A stretch of 64,000 bases of DNA from Caldisericia bacterium (GTDB taxonomy: Bacteria > Caldisericota > Caldisericia > JAAYUI01), in the NCBI GenBank assembly GCA_963674785.1, contig OY771555.1, positions 2,048,001 to 2,112,000 on the forward strand. The letters run 5' to 3'. A model generated the notes under the pieces. That model was not told the origin of the DNA, made no database searches, and was given only the letters and a program-made list of their open reading frames with translations. Both the position numbers and the translations under genes were made by a program. This document shows, piece by piece, positions 40,628-51,555 of the stretch (position 1 is the first letter of the stretch; each line of letters begins with the position of its first letter).

Positions 40628-42484
40628 GTGATAGGTAAAACGATATCCAGCAGGTACAAGATATATGATAAGGTCGGAAGCGGTGGAATGGCTGAGGTTT
40701 TTCTGGCTCGCGACCTTAGCTCCGGAGAGATTGTTGCACTAAAAGTTTTACGCGAGCAGTTTACAGAAGGCGAAGACTACATAGAGCGCTTTGAAAGAGA
40801 AGCAAAATCAGCAACAAAGCTTAACCACCCCAATATTTGTCTGGCAAAGGACTATGGGCAGGAAGACGATACCTACTACATGGTCATGGAGTACATTGAG
40901 GGGAAAACCCTAACATCTGTCATCGAAGAGAAAGGTGCTCTTCCAATTCAGGAAGCCTCATCATATGTGATACAAATCGCAAAAGCTCTCGAACACGCAT
41001 ATTCAAACGGGCTTGTCGCCCATCGCGATATCAAGAGCCAAAACATCATGGTAACCGCATCTGGTCAGGTCAAAATAATGGATTTCGGAATTGCAAAATC
41101 AAGAGATTTTGCAACCATGACGAGCGCTGGTAGCTTTGTTGGAACACCCGAGTACATGTCACCAGAGCAAGCTCAGGGAGAAAAAGTCGACGGAAGATCA
41201 GATATTTACTCCCTAGGTGTTGTGTTCTACGAAGCACTAGCTGGAGAGGTACCATTTGAATCAGACACCCCTTGGGGTGTTCTGAATATGCACATAAATA
41301 AAGAGCCTTTTCCTTTAAACAATCTTAGAAAAGATATCCCAAAGGAATTGGTTGATGTCATAGTAAGGATGATGGCAAAAGATGTTGATGAGAGATTCCA
41401 GACACCAAAGGAATTGATCGCAACACTTGAAGCAGTTCTTGAATCCATCAAATTGCCCAAAGGAACGATGGTAAAAAAGAAAAAGATTCCAAGAAAGAAT
41501 CCAAAAAGGGCACGAAAAATCAAAAGAGCCTTTTTGATAATCTTTATTATCCTCCTTCTCGGTGGAGGTGGGTATTTTGCATATGATAGATTCATTGAAC
41601 CAAGGCTACCAAAACCAGCAAATGTGATACTCAAAGCAGAGCCAATCGGAGCCAGAATTGAACTAAAAGGACCCAATGATTCTGAATTCATTGAGGTTGG
41701 TATATCTGAACCAGATTTCACTCTTGAAAAATATGCCCCTGGCTCATATGAAGTCAGGATAAGTCATGATGGGTATGTTACACAAACGATTCCATTTGCA
41801 ATTGAGTCTGGAATTGACACAAACCTTGACAACATATCGTTAAAAAGACCTGGGAAACTCGAGACCGCTGTTTCTGAGGTAGACTGGGGAACAGTTGAAG
41901 AAATCCCATTACCAAAAAATATTGAGATAAAAAACTCAGGTGAATCACCTCTTGTTGTGAAGCGTTCAAAAAGCGGTGATTGGTTTACCGTGGAGGAATC
42001 AGATTTAAATATCTCACCGGGCAAATCAATAAGCTTCCCAATCTCTGTTAATTCTACAAATCTTGACCCTGGAGTTTACTCAGGGACTTTGACACTCACA
42101 CCAGAAAATTCAGATGCCCTAGCAATAAACGTAAAACTCGAGCTTGTTGAACCAAAGGTTGAAACCCCAATTTCCAATCCGACATCCACATCAAACAGCG
42201 GTGGTGGGAGCAGCAGCAATAGTGGAAGTGGGTCAAGTGGTGGTACATCGAAACCAATCCCAACTACTGGTACACTACAATTCACATGCAATGTTACTGG
42301 TGTTGCCTATAAAATTGATGGAAATCCAGCCGGAACTACATCCAATTCAAACACCGTCCCAAGCCTAAAACCCGGTACTCACGAAATTGAGATCAGGGAC
42401 AGAAAATATGAAACATATAAAGGAACATTCACAATAGTTGCAGGCAAAACCGAAACACTGAACATCAAATTGGAGTTGAAGTAA
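40628..42484 (+). CDS. Hanks-type Ser/Thr protein kinase (PknB-like) with TM helix and extracellular PEGA/Ig-like domains
   Basis: VGSGGMAEV, VALK, HRDIKSQN, DFGIA, GTPEYMSPEQ, SDIYSLG; TM AFLIIFIILLLGGGG; PEGA-like PGSYEVRISHDGY and PGTHEIEIRDRKY. Confidence 0.95.
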   Translation: MIGKTISSRYKIYDKVGSGGMAEVFLARDLSSGEIVALKVLREQFTEGEDYIERFEREAKSATKLNHPNICLAKDYGQEDDTYYMVMEYIEGKTLTSVIEEKGALPIQEASSYVIQIAKALEHAYSNGLVAHRDIKSQNIMVTASGQVKIMDFGIAKSRDFATMTSAGSFVGTPEYMSPEQAQGEKVDGRSDIYSLGVVFYEALAGEVPFESDTPWGVLNMHINKEPFPLNNLRKDIPKELVDVIVRMMAKDVDERFQTPKELIATLEAVLESIKLPKGTMVKKKKIPRKNPKRARKIKRAFLIIFIILLLGGGGYFAYDRFIEPRLPKPANVILKAEPIGARIELKGPNDSEFIEVGISEPDFTLEKYAPGSYEVRISHDGYVTQTIPFAIESGIDTNLDNISLKRPGKLETAVSEVDWGTVEEIPLPKNIEIKNSGESPLVVKRSKSGDWFTVEESDLNISPGKSISFPISVNSTNLDPGVYSGTLTLTPENSDALAINVKLELVEPKVETPISNPTSTSNSGGGSSSNSGSGSSGGTSKPIPTTGTLQFTCNVTGVAYKIDGNPAGTTSNSNTVPSLKPGTHEIEIRDRKYETYKGTFTIVAGKTETLNIKLELK

Positions 42485-42506
42485 AATTAGAAAAATAACC
42501 ATCCCA

Positions 42507-44825
42507 TTGCTGATATTGCTCATCGCTCTTGTGCCGATAGTTTTTGCACAGGAACCTGACGATTTACTTGTAATGGGTGGTCCTTCCGCGGACGGATTGG
42601 TTCTACCAAGCGGAGTATCCGTTGATCCTGATAACAATTTCCTAATAGTCAATGATGGCACAAATGACATCCTCTCTTTGACAGAAAAACTAGATTATAG
42701 GTTCAGGTTTGGTGGATACAGTACCAACTTTGAAAAAGTACTCGACGCTCCAGCTCATATTATCTTTTCAAAGAAAAGGATGATTATCTCTGATATTGGT
42801 TGCCTAAAAATCTTTGACCTAAAAGGCAACCTTGAAGAGACAATCAAGAACATCGGGGATGAAACACTTAAAAGACCGATGGGTCTCTCAACCGATTCAA
42901 GAAACAGGATTTACATTTCTGACCCTGAACTTGGAAAAGTAATCATTTGTGAGAGTGATTTTAGCCCATACAAGGTAATCGAATCGATTGTCAAAAAACC
43001 TGTTCATTGCTTCGTAACTTCATCGTACCGACATATCATCCTTGATACTGAGCTTAAAAAAGGAATTGTGCTTTCCTCATATCTTGAGAAGATAAGTGAC
43101 TTCGGTGATTTTAAAGATCCAAAATCAATAGTGACCGACGGCTCAAGAAGAATATTTGTTTTAGATGAAAACACAATTCATAGTTTCAGCATCTCAGGTG
43201 ATTCAAGGCAAAAATGGAAACTCTCCCCAAAAAAACCTGAGGGGCTTTATCCATCAATGGTTCTTATCGATGATTCAATTTACCTTACATCCCATGAATC
43301 AGGAGAGTTTCTGGAATTCGACACATCAAACGGAAAAGTGAAAACTGTAATTGAGCAGAATCCAAACAATCTTGTTCTCCCATCTTGTCACGTAACAGAT
43401 GAAAACGGAAGAATATATATTGCGGACACACTCAATGACAGGATTAGAGTTGTGAACCAGCAGGGTGATACACTTTTTAATATCTCATCGAAAAGACCTG
43501 GTAGAATGTCTGTTTCAAGGAATTTCCTAGCAGTAATTGAGGAAAATGAGTACATCCAGGTCTACACAAGAGAAGGTGGAGATCTTTATAAAATTGAAGA
43601 GCTTAACCCGGTTGATTTGAGTTTTATCAGCGATGATTCGCTTCTTATTTTGACTTCGGACGGGCATGTCAAAAAATATATAGGCACCGAAGAGGCCGAT
43701 GAAATTCTTGATGATGAAAAAATAATCGAAAATTCAATCATCCTTGATTCAGCTGAGGATTATTTTGCAGTTGCTTCAAGTGACAAATCAGTTTCCATCT
43801 TTTCAAGGTTTGGTGATTTTGAGTGGTCAATCAAAACCTCGAGTATTCCAAGAGATGTGACTATTCTTTCATCAGGCAAAATCATCGTTGCATACGATAA
43901 TGGACTAAAACTAATAGATAGATTTGGGAAAGTGATCGAAAGCTTTGGAGAAGGTGATGGTCTATTTTCCGAAGGAATCAAAACTGAAAAGGAAATAGAT
44001 TACCAAAAGGATCTTGCCAAATTCACAAAACCTGTTTCAATTTCGAGGTTTGGGGATTGGATTTATGTTTTGGATAACATCGCAATGAGACTCACCAGAT
44101 TCAACAAACAGATTCTCCTCTCACCACCGGAAATAAAGGTTTCACCAGAGATTCTTGATTTCGGTTCAGTTCCTGCTGGAGATGAGACTGAGTCTTCAAT
44201 AGTTATTGAAAATATTGGTGGAGAAACACTTGAGGGAAGTTTATCGGTCATTCCTAGATGGGTTATATCTAATTCAAAACGCTTCAAAGGCGATGATGTA
44301 ATCATAAAACTAAAGACAAGAACAAACCACTTCATTGGTGGGAAAACCTACAGAGAGAATATCGTTATTGACTCAAATGCAGGCAAGATCATAGTTCCAT
44401 GTATTATTGGAATCTCTGATATCTCACTAAATCAAGTGGACATAATAATTGAAATTGGCAATACAAAGGTTGAAGTAGGCGACGAGGTAATCGATCTTGG
44501 TGTTGCACCATACATCAAGGATGGAAAAACAATGGTTCCACTAAGATTCATTAGTGAGGCATTCGGTGGAAGTGTTGAATTTGATGATGGTTATATTGAT
44601 GTATCATTCCCACAAAAAGACTTGTGGGTATCTCTAGAACTGGGAGAAGAAGACGTGATTTTAGATATTGGGGAAGAATCTAAGTTTCTCACAATCAGCC
44701 CTCCACCACAGATTAAATCTGGAACAACCTTTGTACCGCTCACATTTTTCACTGACATCTTGAGTTGTGAGTATTACTGGGATTCTAAAACAAAATCAAT
44801 CCGTTTAGTCTATATTCTCGATTAA
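42507..44825 (+). CDS. Secreted NHL/beta-propeller protein with Ig-like domain and C-terminal stalk domain
   Basis: Signal peptide; PSGVSVD, PMGLSTDSRNRIYISD, GRIYIADTLNDRIRV; PEILDFGSV...IENIGGETLEG; APYIKDGKTMVPLRFISEAFG. Confidence 0.87.
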   Translation: MLILLIALVPIVFAQEPDDLLVMGGPSADGLVLPSGVSVDPDNNFLIVNDGTNDILSLTEKLDYRFRFGGYSTNFEKVLDAPAHIIFSKKRMIISDIGCLKIFDLKGNLEETIKNIGDETLKRPMGLSTDSRNRIYISDPELGKVIICESDFSPYKVIESIVKKPVHCFVTSSYRHIILDTELKKGIVLSSYLEKISDFGDFKDPKSIVTDGSRRIFVLDENTIHSFSISGDSRQKWKLSPKKPEGLYPSMVLIDDSIYLTSHESGEFLEFDTSNGKVKTVIEQNPNNLVLPSCHVTDENGRIYIADTLNDRIRVVNQQGDTLFNISSKRPGRMSVSRNFLAVIEENEYIQVYTREGGDLYKIEELNPVDLSFISDDSLLILTSDGHVKKYIGTEEADEILDDEKIIENSIILDSAEDYFAVASSDKSVSIFSRFGDFEWSIKTSSIPRDVTILSSGKIIVAYDNGLKLIDRFGKVIESFGEGDGLFSEGIKTEKEIDYQKDLAKFTKPVSISRFGDWIYVLDNIAMRLTRFNKQILLSPPEIKVSPEILDFGSVPAGDETESSIVIENIGGETLEGSLSVIPRWVISNSKRFKGDDVIIKLKTRTNHFIGGKTYRENIVIDSNAGKIIVPCIIGISDISLNQVDIIIEIGNTKVEVGDEVIDLGVAPYIKDGKTMVPLRFISEAFGGSVEFDDGYIDVSFPQKDLWVSLELGEEDVILDIGEESKFLTISPPPQIKSGTTFVPLTFFTDILSCEYYWDSKTKSIRLVYILD

Positions 44826-44844
44826 TTTTATAAGGAGCGCTTTT

Positions 44845-47800
44845 ATGAAGAAATTGATCACATTTGTGGTTGCAGTTTTTGTATTGGTTTCTGTTTTTCC
44901 AGTATTCAGTTTGGATGCACAAGAAAGGTTTGAGCAAATTGAACTTCCACTATCACCTGGGGACTTCACACTCGCAACCTCAAACCTTCCCTCAATTCCA
45001 GTCCATTTTGAACTGAATCCTGAAAAACTAATAACATTTCAGGGAAAGCTTTTTTATGAGGGAATGGGGCTCACACAGGATTTTGGATATCCACAGATTC
45101 CTGTTGTAACAAAAAGAATCCATCTGAAAAACAAGAATCCAGTCTCCATATCAATTGAGTCAGTTGATTGGGAAATTCGAAATATACCTGATCTTGACAA
45201 ATATCAGCCAAAGACTTGGGGTATGGAAAAAATCGATTACCCAGAGGTAAATTGGGAAGGAATGTATCCTGGAAAGCTTGGTGAATACACTATCGAAGAA
45301 GGTTCAGACGGTAACTGGTTATCTCTTCTTTTTGCACCAATCTCTCTCGACTTTGAAAGAAACGAGATGATCGTTTTCACATCAATTGACCTTAAGATCA
45401 ATTATCAAATCGATTTTTCACTGTACTCATTGGCCGAAGAAAATGAAACAGAGAAAGCAATTATCCTCTGTCCTGACCTCTTAAGGTCAGCTGCCGAATC
45501 ACTTGCTGTCATCCAAAGAGAGGATGGATATGAAGTTGAGGTTGTGACAGTTTCAAGCATTGACTCAAGATATTCTCCTCAAGATAAAGAGCCTGAGAAT
45601 ATGAGTGGTTATGAGGATATGTCAAAATCAGAACGCAAATTCCTCGAAGCATATGACTACGACCTTGCAAAAAAAATCAGAAGTTATTTTGAATCAGAAA
45701 TTGACGAGATTGATTATGTAACTTTGATGGGAGACGGAGAACTTATCCCAGCATCATTCTACAGCATCAGCGGTTGGTCGGATTATGAGTTTGATAGGTA
45801 TATCCCAACCGATCTTTTCTATGCATCACCAGACCTTGATACAATTCCAAATTTTGCACTTGGAAGATTGCCAGTCAGAAACATCGATGAAGCAAATGTT
45901 GTTGTTGAAAAAATCAAAAACTACAGGGAAGCATTAAGAGAAGACGATTGGTTTCATAAAATCAACCTTGGCGGAGGAGACCCATTCAATGGTGGTTTTG
46001 AAGGCGAGATCGATTGCCAAGCTTTAATCGATATGGGAATGCTCGACGGGTTTGAAGTAAATAAGTATTACAAAACAAGAGAGAGATTCGGATCAAAGGA
46101 TATGATTGATGCCCTCAGTGATGAAGCAGGATTTGTTTACACTATCAGTCACGGTTCAGGCGAAGCTCTCATAACTGAACCAGGTGAGGTCACAACAGAA
46201 GATATTCTTAATCTCCCAAAACGAGGAAAGCTTCCAATCCTGTTATCTCCAGCTTGCATAAACGGAATGTATGACTCAACCGTTGTAAACCACAAACTAA
46301 ACGAATATGAGGGCGGAAACGGCCTCTCGTTCAGTCAAGCCTGCATCACATCACCTGGTGGTCCAATTGCGTATTTTGGTGGCTCAAGAATCAACTATGC
46401 TGGGGTAAACTGGATGATTGAGGGTGGAGTCGTTAAAACACTGCCATTTGATGAGATGGACAGATTTATGCAGGAAGTGATGAACTCCTACCACAACTGG
46501 TCAGGCACCCTTGGGGAAATGACCGTCCAGGCATATAAAAAGTATGTTGGAATCGGTAGTTTCAGTTTCTTCGGAACTGGGGATAAGACCCTTCTTGCTT
46601 TTGTGTTCTTCGGAGACCCAACAATAAAACTCCCTGCAACACCTGGTGGCTCCCCACATAGAATTCCTGATATTGAAATTGTTGATGCACCAATGAGAGA
46701 CCTTTCATACGGCTCAATAAAGATTCCAGTTCTCTCAATTATTGATGAGAACACATTGAAGATTAAATCCGATATTCCTTGGGTTAATTACGAAATCCTC
46801 AACCTCGAGACAGATGTTAAAGTGGTCTCAGATTGGCAAAAGGTTGAACCAGGTTCAGAAAGGCTTTTCGATATATCAATAAGTCCTGATGACAAATCAT
46901 TCTGGCAGACAAGAGTCGAACTACCGAACCTCTCTGAGGTTTGGATTTATTACCTGTCAGCAGCTGAGCATGACCTTTCAGTTGAATCTGGAAGAGATTT
47001 CTTCATAACCAAACCAAAAAAGAGAGAACATTTTTATTTCTACATCATAAACGACGGTTTGAAAAAAGAAGAGAACATAACTGTCGATTTCTTTGTTGAT
47101 AACAAGAGGATCAAAACAAGGAATATTTCCGAGCTAGAAAGCGGAGACTATACATCCGTTTACTTTAAAGCTGATGATATAGACATCGGTGATCATCAAA
47201 TAAAAATCGAAACAAGTTTTGATGAAACCGATCAGTACCCAGAAGACAACGAATTTTCCAGGAAACTTGTTGTAACTGAAGAAGATACATGCAAAACTGC
47301 ATGCTTGGTTTCATATTTTTACCCAAGTTATCTTGTAGAGGATTATCTTGAAATCGAAAGATATAATGACATTGCATCAGGATTTGAAGGTAAACCAACT
47401 GAAATCGCAATGATTGGTTCAAACTCATACTGGGCACTTGTTTTCGGCTATCCAATCCCTGATTTAAGAGAAGTTGGAGCAGACTCAGTTATTATAGCAA
47501 ACATCAATGCGATAAATCCTTTCTCAAGCGATAGCATCGACAAACTGAATGCATTTAATTCGGAAGGTGGATCAATAATCTGTATGGGTTCACTTTACAA
47601 CTCAACAGCAGCTCCACTTTTCAACCAGATGTATGATTGGTTTGGTATCAATCCAGATATCAAAACAAAACTTGAAGAAACTGAATCCGACACATTTGAG
47701 CCTGTTTCAGAAGACTCGGTATTTTTCAATGGCATCTCAAAAACCCCATTGGAAATCAAAACAAAATATTCAAACAAACTAATCGATACAACATGGGAAG

Positions 47801-50800
47801 AAGCAATTGAAGACGACAAAACAGTGATTCATGCCAAAACCACAGACAACTCAGGAGCATTAATCAGCAACAAACAAAACATCTTCTTGTCATCTGGGAT
47901 AGATGTAGAAACAGATGATGATTTGAGATTCCTCTACAACCTTCTTTCGTACAATCTCAGACCAAGGTCAGATGCAATGATTTCATTATCAGGTATCGAA
48001 TGCGTTCCACCACTACCCAAAATTGATGAAGAGATTGAGATAATTGTAACCGTCGAAAATGTAGGAAACACAACCCTTAAAAATGTCGCGGTCAAAATCG
48101 ATGAGTTGGGTTTAGAATCTACAATTGATGAACTTCCAAAAAGCGAAAGCAAAGAAGTCTCATTCAACACAAAAGCCCCATCAGAAACTGGTATATTCAT
48201 TGTCTCACCAAGCGTCAATGTCGAAAACGACATCGATGATGAAAACAACTCAACATCTCTCCGAATTAGAATCAACGATAAAGATGAGAATGCAGGAAAA
48301 AATGTAATTTCTGATATAAATATATCCGACGGATCTATCCTTCCAAACGAACTCAAACTCATCAAGGGCAAAGCTGTTGCTGGCTCATTCATCAATATCT
48401 CTGGAAGAGTTGGAAGAGCGGATGAAAAAGGCAATTTTGCAATCCCATATACTCCAACTGGTTTAGAAAATGGTCTATCAGTCAAAACCAAAACCCCATC
48501 AGGACAAACTGAGGATTTCAAGGTTTGGGTTGCCTTCGAGGAAAAGAAAAGCATCGGTTGCCAAATTGATGAAAAATTCTTTATATCATCAACAAACCAT
48601 GTTGTAAAAACCGATGCTCCAGTATTTATAATCGAGAATGAAGTTGGTTATGTAAACCTAAGTGAAATCTCTGAATACCTTGGACTGAAGCTTTCAGAAA
48701 ATGATGATTCAATCATACTCGCCGGGAAAAAGGTTATATATACTGTGAGCAAAGATGGAACAAACATTGTGGCTAAAATCGGCGAATGGGAAGAAACACT
48801 GACAACAAGTAATGCTATCAAGAATTCAGATGGTAAAATTTATCTATCTCTTGAGTCTCTGAAAAAAATGTCTTTTAACGCTGACCTTGAAGATGAACCA
48901 TTCTCGCTTCTCATTGATTTCCCGAAAATAAGTCCGCAGACAGAAACAGTCGGTCTCAACTATGTAAGTTCAAATATAGAAAACCGAAGAATGACGGTTC
49001 CTTCTGAGGCAGACTACGGCAAACCAAAATTGGTATCTTTCGGTGCAATGGATGGTGAAATTGCTTCATTAAAGGAGTTTAAGATAACGTCGAAAAAAAT
49101 GTACCTATGGACTCACCGAGGTATTCAGGAATGGACACTTGATGGAAAATACATGGAAACAAAGGGATTTCCAAAAACTCTTTCTGAAGATCTTGATCTT
49201 TCATGGGCAACAATCTTCCATCCATCAAGTAGCTATTACTCAGGTTATACGATGAGATTCTTTATAACCTCTGATGGTGGCATAATGTTTATCACCAGTG
49301 ATAGGTTAGCAATTTACGATCGGGACTGGAACAGACTTGAACTCATCGAGTTCGACGATGAGATGGACATTAATGCTGCGGGTTGTGATAACGATGGGAA
49401 TCTTTTCGTTTTTGACTATTACGACAATTGTCATGTTTTCTCTTCCAAAGGCAAAAAGATTACAGATTTTGAATTTATCAACAAAGATGAAGAAAGAATC
49501 AGATATATTAGCTCCCACTGTGTGACCCCTGATGGAAACGTGGTTGCTATTGAGAGCAGTTCATCATACGACTTATTCAGTTTCGGTGGCTCGAGTTGGA
49601 GTATTTACCTCTATGATACTAGTGGAAATATCATCTCTTACAAAATCTTTGAAGAGAATGCTGACAGTGGTTTAGAGGAAGACGAAGAACTTCCAGGTGA
49701 ACCTAGCTATATCATGGCAGATAGGGACGGCACATATTGGTTGATTGAAGCTGACTGGTCAACCACAACGGTTAGACATTGGAACTCAAGATTTGAAGAG
49801 ATTGACTCCTATATTCTTGATACAAACCTATTAAGGGCAAGCGGAGCACAACTGGCAGACGATGGTAGATTCTATATTTCAGGATCATTTTCAAAAGAAG
49901 TTGATTCAGCAACAAAAACCTTCGCAATAATGACAATTAACTCTGAACTTGAAGAAGATTATATGGTGCCATATGCCAAATCTGACTCAAAAGACCGATT
50001 CTATTACCCGGATTATTTGACTTACGATAATGAAGGAAATCTTGTTGCCCTTGATGGTGTAGATATAAGAAAATACGACAAGATGGGAACATTTATTGAT
50101 TCGATTCACTTTAAAGACGAATCAGGAGAAAAGGCTTACGCAACCAGGTTTGTTTTTGAGGATGACCAAATATATGGAACTGTCAGCGATTGGAATAATT
50201 CTTGTGTATTCGTCGCCAACAACGATTTTGAGATACAAAGAAAAGTACCTCTTTCTGTTGATGCAACAGAAGAGAGAGACGAGTATATGCTTTATCCAAG
50301 AGGGATTTCTGCCGACCCTGATAGAAACGAAATCTACATAATGGATTCAAGTGAATCAAACATCGTTCAAGTGATTTCAGATTATTCCAATACTGAGAAA
50401 ATGCCCGAGAAGATTGAGATACTAAGATCATTTGTTCCGAGGGGAATTGGCAAGAGTAAGGTTTCAAATCCGAGATATTTGAGCAGATTTGAAGACAAGC
50501 TCTTTATCCTTGATGGAAAAGAAAAAAAGATTGTTGCCTATAACACCAAGGGAGAATTTCTCTTTGAATTTGGTGGAGAGGGAGAGACAGATGGGAAAAT
50601 GATGAGTCCTCAGAGTATGAATATTGATAAAAAAGGACGCATATGGATTTCTGATGCTAAGCTTTCTAAAATCCTCATTTTCGACGTAAATGGTACATAC
50701 ATTACGTCTCTAGGTTCAGAGGGAAATCTTGTACCACCAGGGACTATCAGTGAGTATTCCTCTGACCCATTCACCCTTTTATATCCAATTGAAGTGTGTG

Positions 50801-51555
50801 CCAACGACGGTCAGATAACAATTCTTGATTATTGCCACAACAGATTGATCATGCTAAATTCTCTTCAAGACACCACAAATATGTCTGTTATTCCTGAAAA
50901 TCCAAAACTTTCATATTATCCAACTCAGATGAAAGCCTCGGGGTCTTTTAATATCGTCAACTCTGGACCAGGAACTCTTGAGGTCGAAATCAAATGTGAA
51001 GATGAAAATCTTGAAATTGAACCATCCAAATTCACAGGAAACTTCAAAACAGTCAACCTAAAATATAACTTCGGGAAAAAGGATAACACTGAAATCCCAG
51101 AGTTCCTATTCTTAAGTATTGAAAGCAACATAGGAACAACAGTCATCAAAATTCCACTCAATCAAAACAAAATTGACTTCACAATTAAAGAGAAATCTGA
51201 TGTTGCATCAGGCGCAAATGGAGTAATAAGGTTATCAAACCAGATTACAAAATCAGGAGACACGAACCTCGTTTCATCAAAAGATTTAGTTCAATTAATT
51301 CCACTTTCTGGTACAAAATCAAGTAATGGACAGACCCTTTTCTACAATATCTGTGGAAGGGGTTTAGGTTTCACAATTGACAAGGATGTTGCTGAACTGA
51401 GACTCGGAGAAGATGTATTTAATATACATCTTAATGAAAAGACGCAGAAGAAAGAGGATGGATCGTTTATGCTTCCTCTTGATCTGATTTCAAACTTCAT
51501 CGGATGCGAAATTGTGAAACAAGAAGATGTATTAAAGGTGGTTTCTAGGAATTGA
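44845..51555 (+). CDS. Giant secreted C25 (gingipain-family) cysteine peptidase with CARDB, NHL and stalk-like domains
   Basis: Signal peptide and propeptide-like GYPQIPV; YVTLMGD..IP, TDLFYA, LGRLPV; catalytic dyad candidates ISHGS and SPACING; FFGDPT; two CARDB-like domains; C-terminal NHL repeats (GEFLFEFGGEG...PQSMNIDKKGRIWISD). Confidence 0.88.
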   Translation: MKKLITFVVAVFVLVSVFPVFSLDAQERFEQIELPLSPGDFTLATSNLPSIPVHFELNPEKLITFQGKLFYEGMGLTQDFGYPQIPVVTKRIHLKNKNPVSISIESVDWEIRNIPDLDKYQPKTWGMEKIDYPEVNWEGMYPGKLGEYTIEEGSDGNWLSLLFAPISLDFERNEMIVFTSIDLKINYQIDFSLYSLAEENETEKAIILCPDLLRSAAESLAVIQREDGYEVEVVTVSSIDSRYSPQDKEPENMSGYEDMSKSERKFLEAYDYDLAKKIRSYFESEIDEIDYVTLMGDGELIPASFYSISGWSDYEFDRYIPTDLFYASPDLDTIPNFALGRLPVRNIDEANVVVEKIKNYREALREDDWFHKINLGGGDPFNGGFEGEIDCQALIDMGMLDGFEVNKYYKTRERFGSKDMIDALSDEAGFVYTISHGSGEALITEPGEVTTEDILNLPKRGKLPILLSPACINGMYDSTVVNHKLNEYEGGNGLSFSQACITSPGGPIAYFGGSRINYAGVNWMIEGGVVKTLPFDEMDRFMQEVMNSYHNWSGTLGEMTVQAYKKYVGIGSFSFFGTGDKTLLAFVFFGDPTIKLPATPGGSPHRIPDIEIVDAPMRDLSYGSIKIPVLSIIDENTLKIKSDIPWVNYEILNLETDVKVVSDWQKVEPGSERLFDISISPDDKSFWQTRVELPNLSEVWIYYLSAAEHDLSVESGRDFFITKPKKREHFYFYIINDGLKKEENITVDFFVDNKRIKTRNISELESGDYTSVYFKADDIDIGDHQIKIETSFDETDQYPEDNEFSRKLVVTEEDTCKTACLVSYFYPSYLVEDYLEIERYNDIASGFEGKPTEIAMIGSNSYWALVFGYPIPDLREVGADSVIIANINAINPFSSDSIDKLNAFNSEGGSIICMGSLYNSTAAPLFNQMYDWFGINPDIKTKLEETESDTFEPVSEDSVFFNGISKTPLEIKTKYSNKLIDTTWEEAIEDDKTVIHAKTTDNSGALISNKQNIFLSSGIDVETDDDLRFLYNLLSYNLRPRSDAMISLSGIECVPPLPKIDEEIEIIVTVENVGNTTLKNVAVKIDELGLESTIDELPKSESKEVSFNTKAPSETGIFIVSPSVNVENDIDDENNSTSLRIRINDKDENAGKNVISDINISDGSILPNELKLIKGKAVAGSFINISGRVGRADEKGNFAIPYTPTGLENGLSVKTKTPSGQTEDFKVWVAFEEKKSIGCQIDEKFFISSTNHVVKTDAPVFIIENEVGYVNLSEISEYLGLKLSENDDSIILAGKKVIYTVSKDGTNIVAKIGEWEETLTTSNAIKNSDGKIYLSLESLKKMSFNADLEDEPFSLLIDFPKISPQTETVGLNYVSSNIENRRMTVPSEADYGKPKLVSFGAMDGEIASLKEFKITSKKMYLWTHRGIQEWTLDGKYMETKGFPKTLSEDLDLSWATIFHPSSSYYSGYTMRFFITSDGGIMFITSDRLAIYDRDWNRLELIEFDDEMDINAAGCDNDGNLFVFDYYDNCHVFSSKGKKITDFEFINKDEERIRYISSHCVTPDGNVVAIESSSSYDLFSFGGSSWSIYLYDTSGNIISYKIFEENADSGLEEDEELPGEPSYIMADRDGTYWLIEADWSTTTVRHWNSRFEEIDSYILDTNLLRASGAQLADDGRFYISGSFSKEVDSATKTFAIMTINSELEEDYMVPYAKSDSKDRFYYPDYLTYDNEGNLVALDGVDIRKYDKMGTFIDSIHFKDESGEKAYATRFVFEDDQIYGTVSDWNNSCVFVANNDFEIQRKVPLSVDATEERDEYMLYPRGISADPDRNEIYIMDSSESNIVQVISDYSNTEKMPEKIEILRSFVPRGIGKSKVSNPRYLSRFEDKLFILDGKEKKIVAYNTKGEFLFEFGGEGETDGKMMSPQSMNIDKKGRIWISDAKLSKILIFDVNGTYITSLGSEGNLVPPGTISEYSSDPFTLLYPIEVCANDGQITILDYCHNRLIMLNSLQDTTNMSVIPENPKLSYYPTQMKASGSFNIVNSGPGTLEVEIKCEDENLEIEPSKFTGNFKTVNLKYNFGKKDNTEIPEFLFLSIESNIGTTVIKIPLNQNKIDFTIKEKSDVASGANGVIRLSNQITKSGDTNLVSSKDLVQLIPLSGTKSSNGQTLFYNICGRGLGFTIDKDVAELRLGEDVFNIHLNEKTQKKEDGSFMLPLDLISNFIGCEIVKQEDVLKVVSRN

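Noticed and set aside
47934-48554. 206-aa minus-strand ORF and the many other 60-160 aa nested ORFs
   Set aside because: They lie within well-supported genes on the opposite strand or in another frame and show no recognisable motifs.
36348-51555. Avs/NLR-caspase antiphage system
   Set aside because: The C25 protease has a signal peptide and surface domains, and the STAND protein has a signalling-type kinase/GAF layout rather than a nuclease or other toxic effector.
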